A stretch of DNA of 63,786 nucleotides, counting the filler, from Octopus bimaculoides (taxonomy: Eukaryota), in assembly GCF_001194135.2 (NCBI RefSeq). It is 3 parts of 3 records of this genome, joined end to end, with 100 filler letters (N's around TTAATTAATTAA, not from the genome) between each part and the next. Parts side by side here need not be neighbours in the genome. Positions count along the whole stretch, not along the records: positions 1 to 31,420 come from NC_068993.1; positions 31,521 to 46,229 come from NC_068991.1; 1 more part is not named here. One strand, given 5' to 3'. Within the stretch, counting starts at the first letter, position 1. Every line of letters begins with the position of its first letter. The position numbers and the translations under genes are program-made. Shown here one piece after another: positions 30,663-44,989 of the stretch. The notes below the pieces were generated by a model that saw only the letters and a list, made by a program, of their open reading frames with translations, had not been told where the DNA came from and made no database searches.

Positions 30663-31025
30663 TTAACATTTATATACATATAATGATTTTGAGTTTTCCC
30701 ACTTAAATCATTAGACAAGCACCAAATATAAATTCATACCCAAGACCACTAAGTATATTAGCATGTACTTAATAAATCATTCAAACACAATACTAACAGG
30801 GTTCAACATGGTGATTTTATACTTGGTAAACTTAACCCAGTTCTTTCTCTCTCTCCCAAATGCTCGGAATATTTTGCTTAACTCAATAAACAAGGTCGCC
30901 GTGACATATAAGAAGTACTGTGTGTATACTATTATTTTATGCAATTAGTTTTATATTTATGTAAATAAAATTTTTAAATATGTGTGTATGTAAGTGTATG
31001 TGTGTGTATGTATGTATGTATGTAT

Positions 31026-31080
<55 letters not shown>

Positions 31081-31420
31081 AACATATCTATTATCATCAT
31101 CATCATATATATACATACATATACACAGATATATACATCATGTATACATACACATTCCTACACACACACACACATACATATGCATACAGATACATAGTTA
31201 CAGGCACATACACATACATGCATACATATAACTCGTACATGTATATATATATATATATATATATAATACATGCATGCATACACACACACACACACACTCA
31301 TTTCTCTTGTTACTTGCCCAGTTGATCTACATAACCCAAGTCCTGAGAGGTTTTGCATAAGTGCAACACATATAACTCAAACCACTTGTGTAGATTTAAA
31401 GTTAAATGATAAATATATAT

Positions 31421-31520
31421 NNNNNNNNNNNNNNNNNNNNNNNNNNNNNNNNNNNNNNNNNNNNTTAATTAATTAANNNNNNNNNNNNNNNNNNNNNNNN
31501 NNNNNNNNNNNNNNNNNNNN
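31421..31520. other. Artificial scaffold-joining spacer
   Basis: 44 N + TTAATTAATTAA (stops in all six frames) + 44 N = exactly 100 bp. Confidence 0.95.
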
Positions 31521-31648
31521 GTGGATGTCACACAAAGCTCCTCTGGCGAACTCGGCTAGCAGACCACATAATAATCCAATATGGAGGAGAATTATGCAGG
31601 AAATCCCATCGATGAAAAGATTATTTTACTTCTCAGTACTGGACCGCT

Positions 31649-32024
31649 GATTCTGTATCAAGCCAAAATGCTAGTTCTAAAATCTCTCTAAGAGATCAAA
31701 GCAGTAGTCGTACTGACAAGCAATATTAGTAGCCACTTTAACATGGCTGTCCGTTCGAGCGAACTCAACTCCGATTTTTTAACCCCGAGAGGACATCTCC
31801 TCTAGCTGGTTAACGATGCATAGCTGCATCTCATAAAATTACGAGCAGCTGTGCATCGTTAACCAGCTAGAGGAGATGTCCTCTTGGGGTTAAAAAAATT
31901 GCAGTAGAGTCCGCTCGAACGGACAGGTATGTTTAAGTGTCTATGAATATTATTTGGCAATAAAACTACTGCGTTGATCTCTTAGAGAGATTTTAGTACG
32001 AGCATTTAGGCTAGATACAAAATC
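31649..32024. repeat. Long inverted repeat (~180-bp arms, short spacer) derived from an interspersed element
   Basis: The left arm ...AAATCTCTCTAAGAGATCAA...CTAGCTGGTTAACGATGCA pairs with TGCATCGTTAACCAGCTAG...TTGATCTCTTAGAGAGATTT; the arm sequence also occurs singly at ~4170-4300. Confidence 0.85.
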
Positions 32025-32261
32025 TTCGATTTGTGTGTTCGCTTGAAATATGTATATATATTGCGAGCAGAAGCGAGCTGCTATCAACTCTAGCAGACTA
32101 GGTGTCCAGTACTGAGGAGAGGTAGCAACAGCCCGAAACCAGGACTGGTCTACTGGTCCCTTCGATAGGAGATGGTAGGAGTTCACTCTCCTGCTCGCAA
32201 TTTATATATATATACAGTAGTACCTCGGTTTTCGAACACTGATTTCGAATAAATCGTGCTT

Positions 32262-32293
<32 letters not shown>

Positions 32294-32461
32294 TGTATAT
32301 GTTACAATAAGAAAAACTAGAAGGAGCCTTGTGAAACACAGCTACACACGATTTCCTGGGTAGCTATATTTTACAAGATTTTTTGTGGCTTTTATTATAA
32401 CAATATCTATACTCTCTTAACTGATCGAGTACTATATTACTTGTTGAAAATCAAGCCACGT

Positions 32462-32495
<34 letters not shown>

Positions 32496-33086
32496 TGTAT
32501 GTATATATTCGAGCACACACAGATGCAATCATATGTAGAAACTTACATAGCTACCTGTAATTTAATTCCTTATTTGATATACACATATTCGTACATATAT
32601 ATGTATGTGTGTGCATGTGTATGTTTGTTTATATACATACAAGTGTGTGTGCGTGTGTGCGTGTAACAAGCTTACATAACTACCTGAAATTTGATTCCTT
32701 ACTCTCAATTTGTTATTCAACCTTGCTTTATTAAGCGATGTATTTATTACTTTCCCATTCAGAAGATACCGAATCGGCAATGTTCCAAGCAAGTTATAAG
32801 ATCGTTGCCTTGATAAAGTCTGAGCTGGATAGACTATGACTGCTTGAAATCTCATCAATTTGTATGGAGAACGGGTGAAGTCAAATTTGTTGCCAGATCA
32901 ACTTCCTTAAACGATACTTCACCACAAACACGGTGTTGCTTACAGCATTATTAGAAACTTATCTCAATACGAGCGATTGGTAGACTCGTTAGACCATCAG
33001 GTTAAATGAATGATGTCATTTGTCTCAGCTTTCTGAGTTCAAATTCCGCTGGGGACAGCTTCAACATTATTACACACCTACCTCAA

Positions 33087-33303
33087 GGCGGTGAGCTGGC
33101 GGAACCCTTAGCACGCTGGATGAAATGTATAGCGGTATTTCGCCGGTCACTACGTTCTGAGTTTGTATTCCGCCGAGGTCAACTTTGGCTTTCATCCTTT
33201 TGGGATCGATAAATTAGGTACCAGTTGCGTACTGGGGTCGATATAATCTACTGTTTCCCTCCCCCAAAATTTCAGACCTTGTGCCTATAGTAGAAAGGAT
33301 TAT
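33087..33303 (+). mobile_element. SINE family A copy
   Basis: GGCGGTGAGCTGGCGGAACC...GCCTATAGTAGAAAGGATTATT, colinear with 36825-37036. Confidence 0.88.
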
Positions 33304-33486
33304 TAAACACCTGTCTCAATTCGAGCGATTCGTAGAGTCGTTAGATCCTCGGGTAAAATGTATGATCGCATCTGTCTCGGCTTTCTGAGCTCAAATTCCG
33401 CTGAGGACAGCTTCATTTTTGATCCTTCCGGTGTCGATACGAAAGTTCCAGCTGAGAGCCGGCACATTTCTCTCTTTCTCGCTCTT

Positions 33487-33529
<43 letters not shown>

Positions 33530-35147
33530 TTCTCTCTCTCTCTCTCCCTCTATCTATCTATCTATCTATCTATCTATCAAACAAGTTTTCTCTGAATCAC
33601 AACCTACGTATTAGATATAGACGAGTACATTGGATGATAAATAATAGATGTGTTTTAGACATAGATCGGCGCCCATACTGGACGGCCTTCAAGGTTTTTA
33701 GTCGAACAAAGCAACCCCAGTACTTATGGGTGTTTTTCTCGGGTTTGTTACTTATTCTGTCGTTCTTTTACCGAACCACTAAGTTACAAAAACGTAACCA
33801 AATCAACAATGGTCGTCATGCGACGGCGGCGGTACAAAAACAAACCACAAAGATGGACACATATACAAAGATGAACACAAAGATGAACATACATACAGCT
33901 GCAAAGCAAGTTTCTTAACTTCACAGCCATGCCAAAGCCTATAAAACGGCAAAAACAATTTTTTTTAACCCTTGGTCAGCTCTCATGCAGCATAGTTTCT
34001 TGGCATCGCCATCCCACCTTTTGTTATATTCTCCTTTTTAACCAACCGGTTATGGTATAAAGGAGATTTCTTTGTTGCTGTTGCTGTTGTTGTTGTTGTC
34101 ATTAGTATCAGATAGCACCAGGTCAGCTTTCACCCAGCAGATATATGATAAAAAGCGTTCTAGCAAATCTCATCGTTTCTTTGGGCATTGTGTATTTAGG
34201 ACTACATTATTAAATGTTCCCTTGTTATTCTAATTCCGGTTCAGTGTTTTACAGTAAAACTTAGCTGTTGTTATTACTAGATCCAACCACTTCGTAGAAG
34301 TTCCCTCGTTGGTTCGTCAAAAACTTTGTGTTTTTGTGCTTAGAAATGTGGTAGACACTAAGTCTTCGGGTTGATCCATTCGTCAGGAACAGAAGATTAT
34401 TTAATCTCACAAAAAAACATCCCTGGGATTCTTCTTCTAAGTAGCTTTTGTCGTTCGGAAGTTTACTTATGACTGACAATACAAGTCAAAACAGACACAC
34501 CATGTGTTGTAATATTTATTTAATTACATACCCCGTTTTCGGATTAGCTTTTTAGTTCGTTTCCATTCCATTATATTTATTTATACAGAAACATATTGAA
34601 TGCCTTCATCTCTGTTTCTATTTCTCTTTTCAGTGCCTTCTTCTTTAATTATTATTCTTCCTATTTTCATTGACACAACTCCAAATAGTGTAAATACGGT
34701 GTTAGTTGCTAAATGAGATAACAGAATACATTTCTTCGCTCTTTTCCTTTCCTTCTTTACCTTTCTGCTGACACTGCTGTCGCTACCAACAAGCAATTTT
34801 AGTTGCTAAACGATACCCTACTTACTCTAACCATTCTTTCAACGTAGTTCTCTGTTTACATGATATTCTTCTGGCATAAATATGTCAAATGCTCACCTTA
34901 CATTCCTAGAAATATTATAGGAAGCAAAGAAAACTACTAAAAGAAAAACAAAACACGTGTCTATGCGTGTATGTATGTGTATATACATATACATATATAT
35001 ATACACACATACATACATATATACATACATATATATACATAGATAGACATATGTATGTTTATGTATATTTACATATACATTTATATACACGCACATACAC
35101 ACTAAATAAATACATACATATAAACATATACATACATACATATACAT

Positions 35148-35185
<38 letters not shown>

Positions 35186-35389
35186 NNNNNNNNNNNNNNN
35201 NNNNNNNNNNNNNNNNNNNNNNNNNNNNNNNNNNNNNNNNNNNNNNNNNNNNNNNNNNNNNNNNNNNNNNNNNNNNNNNNNNNNNNNNNNNNNNNNNNNN
35301 NNNNNNNNNNTAATCTTCGAAAAGGTTTTAAGGCATTAAAAGAAAAGTCGTATTTTTTTAATTTTTGTTTATTTATGTAGTTGTCGAAT

Positions 35390-35443
<54 letters not shown>

Positions 35444-36361
35444 AAGGTTGCGTTCGGGGTTCGCAGATGACCAAGTTTGTAATATACGAAAATCTGTAAG
35501 TGTCTTGGAGTGACAGGGATGATAGAAGGCTGTGTTGGAAAACACGCCTTGTAGCATTTGGTTACGTCTATTTTTAGTCTTGAGGCATAATTTCTACCGA
35601 TGGGTGTTTAACCTTTTATTCTTCAGGGTCAATAAAATAAATAACAGTAAAGTGCATGAAATAGTTGAATCAAGCAGAATGAAAAAACTTGCTCTCAAAA
35701 ACGTCTACCTTCTGCACTGTGTAATACTTAGCCTGCCAACCTAAATAGCCAAATGTCGTTTCATCGTTTCAAATCCTGCTTCTATCAGCATTGTTTTACA
35801 TCTTCAGCACAATCGTTCCAATTTTGGCACATGGCTAGGAATATTAGGACAGGGAGTCAGTCGATTACATCAACCCCAAAGCTCAAGGATGAAAGGGAAA
35901 GTCTACCAAGGTAGAATTTGAACGGAGAACATAAAACCGGAGTAAATGCAAACTAGATATTTTGTCCAACGTGCTAACGATTCTGCCATTTCGCTCGTTT
36001 CTTCTAAAAAACACGAGGACCGAAATTTGGGGGAGGAGCTAGTCAATGAAATCGCCCACAGTGCGTCACTGGTATGTATTTCATCGAATCCGAAACGATG
36101 AAAGGAAGGCTGACATCGGCGGAATTTGAACTCAAGACTTAAAGACGGGCGAATTGATGCTAAAGATTTTTCCGGTGTGCTAACGATTCTGTCGCCTTTA
36201 GATCTTCAGAATAATGATATATTACATTGAAAGACCTACTAAACCTAGTCGCTAGGTGTCACTATGTATTTGTTTAAGAAGTTCACTTCGTATGTATGGT
36301 TTATCTGGTTCAATCCCACTGCTCCGTACCATAGGCAACTGTTTTCTTTCTTTTTTTTTTA

Positions 36362-36566
36362 ACAAGAGAGTGCTGAAAAGTTCTTGGCTTTAAGAGTATC
36401 GCGAAAGGCCTGGCTGGAGGCCCAACTTTCAGGACTTAGAAAAGCCGAAGGGCCGCTGCAATAAGTGTGTGAATCTGAGAGGGGGATATGCTGAATAAAA
36501 TCATAATTAACTGACCCTCTTGTATTTTCTTTTACCGAAGGCCAGGAACTTTTCAACACCTTCTCA
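36362..36566 (+). mobile_element. mariner internal-deletion derivative (MITE)
   Basis: Imperfect TIRs GAGTGCTGAAAAGTTCTTGGC / GCCAGGAACTTTTCAACACC; the interior retains RCNKCVNLRGGYAE*, like the mariner C-terminus. Confidence 0.7.
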
Positions 36567-36824
36567 CGGGGTGTTTAACACCTCCTCTTGAAAGTCAAAT
36601 TTGGTAGAGACAATTTTTGTTGAAATCAATCAAAAGGACTAACCCTGTGCATGGGTGATAGAAGTAATATGNNNNNNNNNNNNNNNNNNACTTTGCCAGT
36701 TATCCTTTCAGGGTCGATAAATTAAGTACCAGTTGTGTACTGGAGTCGATCTAATCTACTAGTCCCCTCCTCCAGAATTTCGGGCCTTGTGCCTAGTGTA
36801 GAAAAAAATATATATTTGGAAGAA

Positions 36825-37036
36825 GGCGGCGAGGTTGCAGAAACGTTAGCGCGCCGGGCGAAATGCTTTGCGGTTTTTCGTCTGTCTTTACGTTCTGAGT
36901 TCAAATTCCGTCGAGGTCGACTTTGCCTTTCATCCTTTCGGGGTCAATAAATTATGTACCAGTTGCGTACCGGGATCGATCTAATCAACTGGCCCCCTCC
37001 CCAAAAATTTCGGGACTTGTGCCTAGAGTAGAAAAG
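36825..37036 (+). mobile_element. tRNA-derived SINE family A, full-length with 18-bp target-site duplication
   Basis: Head GGCGGCGAG..GCAGAAACGTTAGC, B-box-like GAGTTCAAATTCC, tail CCTTGTGCCTAGAGTAGAAAAG; TSD AATATATATTTGGAAGAA. More than 20 full or partial copies in the window, e.g. 3955-4130, 11215-11560, 13915-14085, 21037-21470, 33087-33303, 35815-36195, 39806-40008. Confidence 0.88.
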
Positions 37037-39664
37037 AATATATATTTGGAAGAAATTAAAAACATACATACAGATATTAAATTTTGATTTTATTTCTCAC
37101 TCTGATTACACAATTCTATGAACTAAAATAGACAATTATAATATCTTAAATGTCATTACAGACCGCTTAAGTACACACTGTTCAAGTGCAGAATACTAAG
37201 TGCAGACTACAACAAAGTACATGCTAACAAATCATATATTTAAACATTGGTTATAATACTGAAGTGCTCTGACACATTCTCAAGATAAAAAGCACGATCT
37301 GCCAAGTTTTGAACACTCCAAGCCAGCATGTACTTTCGTTATGTTAGCCGCTGCACTGAATGCCCAAGATTGGCAGATACTGTAACGTCATGTCTTATTC
37401 AAATAGCTTTTGGCAATACCTGAACCGTTCATACTCTATCTTCATCCTATGACATTTCAGAACCAGATACAGTCCTTACCGTTCTGGTTCAGTTAGTATT
37501 AGAACTACGGAGTTGTATCAGTGCTGATGCGCCGCGTGACTCTGTCTCGGATGATGTATTTCGCTCTCCACAGACATCCGGTGAGTCTATAATAAATAGT
37601 TCAGAAATATCGATTTAAATTTTAGATCAAGGCCTGCATTTTCGCGGGAAGGTGTGTAAGTCGATTACATTGATCTCCAATGCTCAACTGGTGCTTATTT
37701 GAACGACTCTGCAAAGGATGAAAGGCAAAGTTGACCTCGACGGACGATATGCTAAAGATTTTGCCAGCTCGTCGCCTTAAGATGAACCACAAATTTCAAT
37801 TGCCGTTACCTTTGGATTTGTACGTTCGTCTTCGCTGCGAATGCTCAGAAGATTGATTAAAGTATATTTTGCTGATGTCAGACCCCCCCCCCTCACCGAA
37901 CTACTGCTATGTCTTCTCAAATTGCTACAGATTGAGCTGAGCGTATTGTTAGATTTCTAGGTTTTTCCTGATGTATGTCGTTGTGTAACTGGTCTCATTT
38001 AGCACCCCACTTCGTCTCTAGGGTAACTGGGTTTATACTGCATGGTATCACAGGAGTGGTTAAGAATGGATGTTGATGTGGTATTTGTGTACATCATAGG
38101 GTTGTTGGCTTTGTAGGTGTTACTTAAGATCTTGTCGATGTTGGATTTTTTAACATGACACGACCTTTACTGACATTTGGGAAACTCCATCCTGTTGAAA
38201 CGTCAACAGTTCTTCATGTAAACTACGGACACGTTGATAATCTCTTTGGTGATTCCTACTGAGGTTATGCACTGTCAATGTTACTGGAAACTACGAAAAA
38301 GTGGTCTTTACAAAAAGTGAGATGTATCCACAGGACATCAGGACTGGCTCAGTGTGGAAATAGTTCTGCATCTTATCAGTAGACTTCAGGTCAATGGGCA
38401 ACTTGGCAATGCAACGAAACATCGTTATTGGTGAAAGCTTGAAGAATTATGAATAAAACTTATAACAATCACACAAATTGAAAGAAAAACCGAGTAATAC
38501 CAGTCACAGACTTCTTTTATAAACTCCCCGCATTTCTGTCTTCTCTAAATACCTTTTTAAATGCCTATAAGGTAATTGATCCCACTTTACATCTGTTTCG
38601 AGTAATTATTTTCTTAATGATTTCCTGAAACTTTAACGGCCCTTCCTCCTGACCAAACCATAAAAGAAAGAAACAGTACACGAACCTACAGTGTCTCTAC
38701 TGATAATCTATAGACACGGTACCGACTCAGCCGGCTGCGTGTGTCTATCTGTGGTACTGCCAATGAAACTATAAATACAATAGAAAAATAACGGGAAAAA
38801 ACACATTTATGCAAGTTATGTGATTCAATACAATGTTACGTCGTATTTTTTATGAAGTCTGTGTATGCACGTACGTTTCTGTGTGTGAGTGTGTCCGTGT
38901 ATGAATGAATGAGTGTATGTGTGGGTGTGTGTCTTTATGTGTGTATTTGCGCGCTTGTGTGTATGTTTATATGCGTGCGAAATTCTGAAGTAATTTGCAT
39001 TTTATTTCATCGTTTGTTTTTCTAAAAACAAAGCTACTTCTCTACGTTTTATGTATTTTACATATTATTTTGTATTTCTTTTATTTAGTTATTTAATTCA
39101 TCTTATTAAAGTTTTTTATTTATTTATTTATTTATTTATTTATTAAATGGCATATTTCTTTTATTTGTTTGTGTATCTATTGTTAACCTGAAAGGGCTGG
39201 ACTTGCAGTTAGAAAGAATCCACCACGGAACAAGAACAGGACTGCACTGAACAAACACTTAGAACACAAGCAGAACAGACGGTAAATATTTACTATGAGA
39301 TTATCATTAATTCTGACAAACTCGGCCATGTGTAAATATAGAAAGTGAAAGTAAAATCGAAAACGGAATAAAACTTCAAGGAACGTGTGTCTGTGATTTA
39401 ACACTGCATTGCGAATTTATCCCATCCTTCAATGAAACATACTACTGCATTCTAACTTCAACAACAATACCAACAAGAACAACAAGAACAAAAGCAGCAA
39501 GAAAAACAGCAAAATTAATAATAATAGTAATAATACTAATAATAATAATAATAATAACTTTCAATACAGTAAACATAAGAGCACCACAGCAAACCACAGC
39601 ACATACCCAAGGCGCACAGAGCTGCGCTCGGTAGTGAAGTGAAAGCACGTTATAAAAATAAATA

Positions 39665-39710
<46 letters not shown>

Positions 39711-39711
39711 C

Positions 39712-39810
<99 letters not shown>

Positions 39811-42592
39811 CCTTTCTACTTTAGGTACAGGGCCTGAAATTTGAGGGGAGGGTTCTAGTCGATTACATCGACCCCAGTGTTTCACTGGTACTTAATTTAT
39901 CGACTCCGAAAAGATGAAAGGCAAAGTTGATTTCGGTGGGATTTGAACTGAGAACGTAGCGACGGACGAAATACCGCTAAGCATTTTGCTCTGCGTTCCA
40001 ACGATTTTGCAGCGGTTTCCTTATTTTACCCAAGGCCTGCAAGTTCGAGGGAGGAGACTAGTCGACCCCAGTACTCAACTGGTATTTAATTTATCGATAC
40101 TGAAAGGATGAAAGAGGCAAAGTAATATCAAGTGGTATAGCATGCGTAAATAACCATCAAGGTAATACCATAACGTAAAAAATTATTAACTAATAATTAA
40201 GAATGCTACAAGTGATATCAGCACGCGAAAACTAGCTGCCAGAAAACGACTACAGCCACTCATTTTCACTGATACAGATTAATTGAAATCGTGGGAAGTG
40301 AGCAGAATTTCTAACCCCCCCCCCCCCGTACCAGTAACGAAAAGAATCGTAGATTGAAAAGCTAGACACACTTGTATTGTCACGATTTCTAACTTTGTGA
40401 AGATATCACTTAATTATCCTCAGCGAGTCTTACAGCCCCAAGGATCACACAAACTGCCCATCTCAACAATGTGGGTGACGTTATAAATGTTTCTCTACAG
40501 TTGTAGAGACGTTTGTCATTTCATTGAATTTTTTCGTTCGAATCCCACCTAAAACTTCGATTTTTCAATGCATGGTTTTTTGTAACCCAATAAGTACGCC
40601 CTATCATTTATAGCCTTATCTACTTCTAGATTCACCGTTGAAATTGATTGATTTAGTTCCTTTCTCACGAAGTTTCCAAATTCTAATGACGTAATATATA
40701 CATATATGGATATATAAATATATGTATATAAGACAGACAGACGGAGAGATTGATATCTTTAACTGGTTGCATAATTATGAAATTCTGTATACATTATTCC
40801 CAGTTATATTCCCTACTGTAAAGTTATCATCATATTTTTGTCTACAGCGTAAATATATAACTAAACATTTTATAAATATTCAATCCGCAGAGGAATTACA
40901 TCGCATTCCATTTAAAACGAATAACCAACGTTGCGTATTCTCTCTTTGTCTTTCTTTACGTATATTTATTTATATACGAAAAACAAAAAAAAATTCAAAG
41001 TTACTTTTTAAAATAAGAAACAAAACAATTCAGTAAAATGATAAGAAGGTTGCTGTTTTATATTGAAGGTGAGATGAAATCCCAACAGACGAATTATAAG
41101 CAATGCCTCTTAAATAATCTAGATTATCGCGATTTTGATATCCAATGACGGTACGTTGAATATAGCTTTTTGTGATGTGTAATCTCTGCACCTGCGCTAT
41201 GCTGTTTGAATTTTAGTTCCTTTCTTGAAAATTCCTGTTTCAAGATTTCCGAAAAATTTCCTGATCATAGGACTGAATTATCGGTTTTTTTTTTCTTTAC
41301 TCTTTTTTTTTTCTTGTTGTCTTCAAATATCTTTTTAATTTTTAATGAAATGCAACGTATTTAGTGAGCGAATAAAACCTTATAATAACATTTAGCGAAG
41401 CTTCTACTCTGTGGATAAAAAGTATGACGATGAAATTACAGACGATATATTTGTTAGTGATGAACTTAATAGGCGATGAAATTAAAGAGACATTAATGTT
41501 AGATGTAAACAAAGAGATTTTAATGTCCACATACCAGCCCCCAGGAATGCGTCTAATATGTTAATTAGTATATCCAATAACTCAACACTGCTATATACGG
41601 TGGCTATATAACCAATGTATTCGGAGGCAATAGTGTGTTAGATGAGTACTGATGAAGGGACAACAACTCTCGAAATATGGTATATACACTCATTACCCAT
41701 TCTTGTCTCCCGTCATATTGTTTATTTACAGCTGACGTCTCGATACGAAACGTTATAGCAAGAATCAGTGCTGGCTACAATTTCTGTCGAATATCTGTAG
41801 AAATAACCTTAACAAAAAGAAATTAAAGAGAATCTGTTTATTGAAATAGGATTACCCACAATGAATTTACCATGAACCATAAACACTAATGAGCCATAAA
41901 CACCAGACGGTTGCTCTTTAAATAAAATCTTTTCCAGTATTGACTGTAGATTCTACGTCGAGTTACACACATTCCATTGTTACCTTTACCATTGGCCCCT
42001 TGGAAACTGCGATAGAATACGAAATAACATCGTTGTTAGCATTTCTGATGCAGTGTGTGTTAGAAAGGTTATTGATATAGTGTTGCTCTGTTATTATTCT
42101 CTTCTGCTTTACTCTGTTAACGAAGGAATCTGCTGCCCGTCGTCGACATCATCATCATATTCGTCGTTATCATCATCATCATTATCATCACCGTCGTCGT
42201 TGTCTATCGTCATCATCCGTTGTCGTCGTCGTCGTCGCAGTCCTCGTTAGCATCATCATCGCCTGTATTACTACTACCACCACCACCATCACCATCAACT
42301 ACAACGTCATAATTACTAGCATCGCCATTCTTATCCCCCACAAAAACCACCTTCATTACAATCATGATGTAGAAGTGGTGGTGGTAGTAGTAGTAGTAGC
42401 AGCAGTGTTGATGTAGTAGTAGTAGTAGTAGTAGTAGTATAACTAAATGAAACAGATCCATTTCAGGATTCCTTTCCAGGGATTGAGTTTTCTCTCATTT
42501 TCTTGACACAGTTGAAAAGTTATGAAGAACAGTGGTATTGGTATTTGAGATCCGGACAAGATTAATGTGTCTATATGATAGGCTTACGCGCA

Positions 42593-42643
<51 letters not shown>

Positions 42644-42683
42644 CTGTGTGTGTGTATCTGTGCATGTGTGCGTGTATACATAC

Positions 42684-42743
<60 letters not shown>

Positions 42744-43259
42744 TGGTAGACAGACATATATATTTACATATGTATCTTTGACAAGGGTCAGAAAGAGGAT
42801 TGAGGGAGGAGAACGATGGAGACAAAGTTGAAAGCAAAGCAGCTAAAGAAAAGGGTGGAATGATGTATGAGAATTGATAGGAAACGAATTGCTGTAGGAA
42901 AAAAGGGCGTGTGAGAGAGCAGGGTAGTGAAAGAGAGAGAGAAAGAGACAGACAGAGACAGAGAGTGGGAGAGAGTGAGAAAGAAATCTAGGTAGGTGAC
43001 AGGGAGAAAGAGGGTGCGTTTATTAGGGTTTTTTGACACGTCTATTTCAATAAAACGCCAGTGACAGGCTGTATCCTACAGCCAATAGTATCACACATGT
43101 CATAACGAAACAGGTATTGTGGCACCGACTCTGTAGAAGTGCAATAGAGCTGTCAGACATGGGGAGAAGACATACAGACCGACCAGACACCACTGCCGCC
43201 ACCCGCTGCCACCACGACCATCCCATCGCTATAGGAAGAACAACAGCAACAACGATAGC

Positions 43260-43320
<61 letters not shown>

Positions 43321-43554
43321 GCAAGAATAATAATAATAATAATGTGAAGAATAATATCAATAAAAAACAAAGGAGTAACGTCAGCAGTGACAACAACAAG
43401 AATATAACGAATGCAATTAATAGCAACAACTAGCGCCGTTCCCCCTGACTATCAGACATTGAAAATAAACGTATGCGTGTCGGTGTGGGGAAGTGTACAT
43501 TAATATATAAACACATACACATACATCATACACACACAGGCAGATACTCACGCG

Positions 43555-43628
<74 letters not shown>

Positions 43629-44427
43629 TGCATACATATATCCATCTTTGTATCAATCTATCAAACTCTATCTACCTGTCTTTCTCTCCCTCTCTATGCA
43701 TATATATGTGTGCGTGTATGTTTGTGTGAGTGTGTTTGTGTGTGTGTGTATGTGGATAAAAGATTGTGCTTCAGAGCTAAATTACAAGTACTCAATACAA
43801 GCCTAAATGCCTTTTTATTTTTTTGCTTAATTAAAAACGACGTAATATCCCAATTTTACGCTATTTAGGCGTCTTTTGTCATATTATAGTACTAGCTGAC
43901 GTACCCGGTAATTCCCAGGAAAGCAGGGCTTATCCCTTGGTTCCGCTTTCATAATTTTTTCGATGTTCCAATAACAACAATACAAAGTATGTAGCCCTTA
44001 AAACAGTTTTTGTGTATTTACAGAGACTACCGGACACAGGATTTAGTTTTTAGGAATTCCCAATAAGTTATGAATACCCAAATTGTGTATTTACATGAAA
44101 TTATGTCATATATTAACATGAAATTAGTTACCCAATAGTAATTCAAATAGAGTAGCCCCAAAAAGAGCTTTAATGCCCTCAGGATATATAGAACATACGA
44201 GGAAATACTAATAAGGTATGTATACTAAAATCGTGAAGCATGTTACGTAATAACTGGCTAATCAAATATGAGATAATAACAATTCAAAGTAAATAACTTT
44301 GAAAAGGGCTTTTGTGCATTCCCAGAGAATATCACCCTCAGTGGCGCTAGTGTCGGTATATTCGTGAATAAATCACTCAGAACGTTAAGACAGACGAAAT
44401 ACGGCTAAGCATTTCGCCCTGCGTGTT

Positions 44428-44666
44428 AACGTTTCTTATTTCTTCATTGCCCACAAGGGGCTAAACATAGAGGGGACAAACAAGGACAGACAAAGGGATT
44501 GAGTTGATTACTTCGACCCCAGTGCGTAAATGGTATTTAATTTATCGACCCAGAAAGCATGAAATGCAAAGTAGACCTCGGCGGAATTTGAACTCAGAAC
44601 GTAGCGGCATCGAAATACCGGTAAGCATTTCGCCCGCCGTGCTAACGATTCTACCAGCTCACCGCC
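44428..44666 (-). mobile_element. SINE family A variant with an alternative 3' tail
   Basis: Same head and core as family A, but the tail reads CCCTTTGTCTGTCCTTGTTTGTCCCCTCTATGTTTAGCCCCTTGTGGGCAATGAAGAAATAAGAA. Confidence 0.8.
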
Positions 44667-44989
44667 TTAGTTTCGATAGAATAACAAAACAGAAAATATA
44701 AGGGATGACAAAGAACAACAGCAAGAGGAAGGAAGGAAGGAAGGAAGGAAGGAAGGAAGGAAGTGGTAAAGAGAAGAACAAAACAGAAGACAAAATATAA
44801 GAGAAAATAAAAAAAAAGAATATTGTGGAAAGCGAAGGAAACAAATGTTTGAAGCACCGTTAAGTGGTGCCTCGATGACTTTGTTGTAAACTAGATAAAC
44901 AAACAATTGTCTTTCGTTGTTAAAACAAAGACAACACGATTAGCTACGCTTTTTGTGTTCTCTGTTCTCTTGTGTGATGCGTCTTCCCC

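Noticed and set aside
34261-34900. Minus-strand 72-aa ORF and nearby splice-like signals
   Set aside because: I could not assemble a phase-consistent model and recognise no motif; it cannot be the N4BP2 5' exon because it lies beyond the artificial join.
37200-38460. Possible degraded LINE coding sequence
   Set aside because: The composition suggests an old TE, but I found no diagnostic motif in manual translation.
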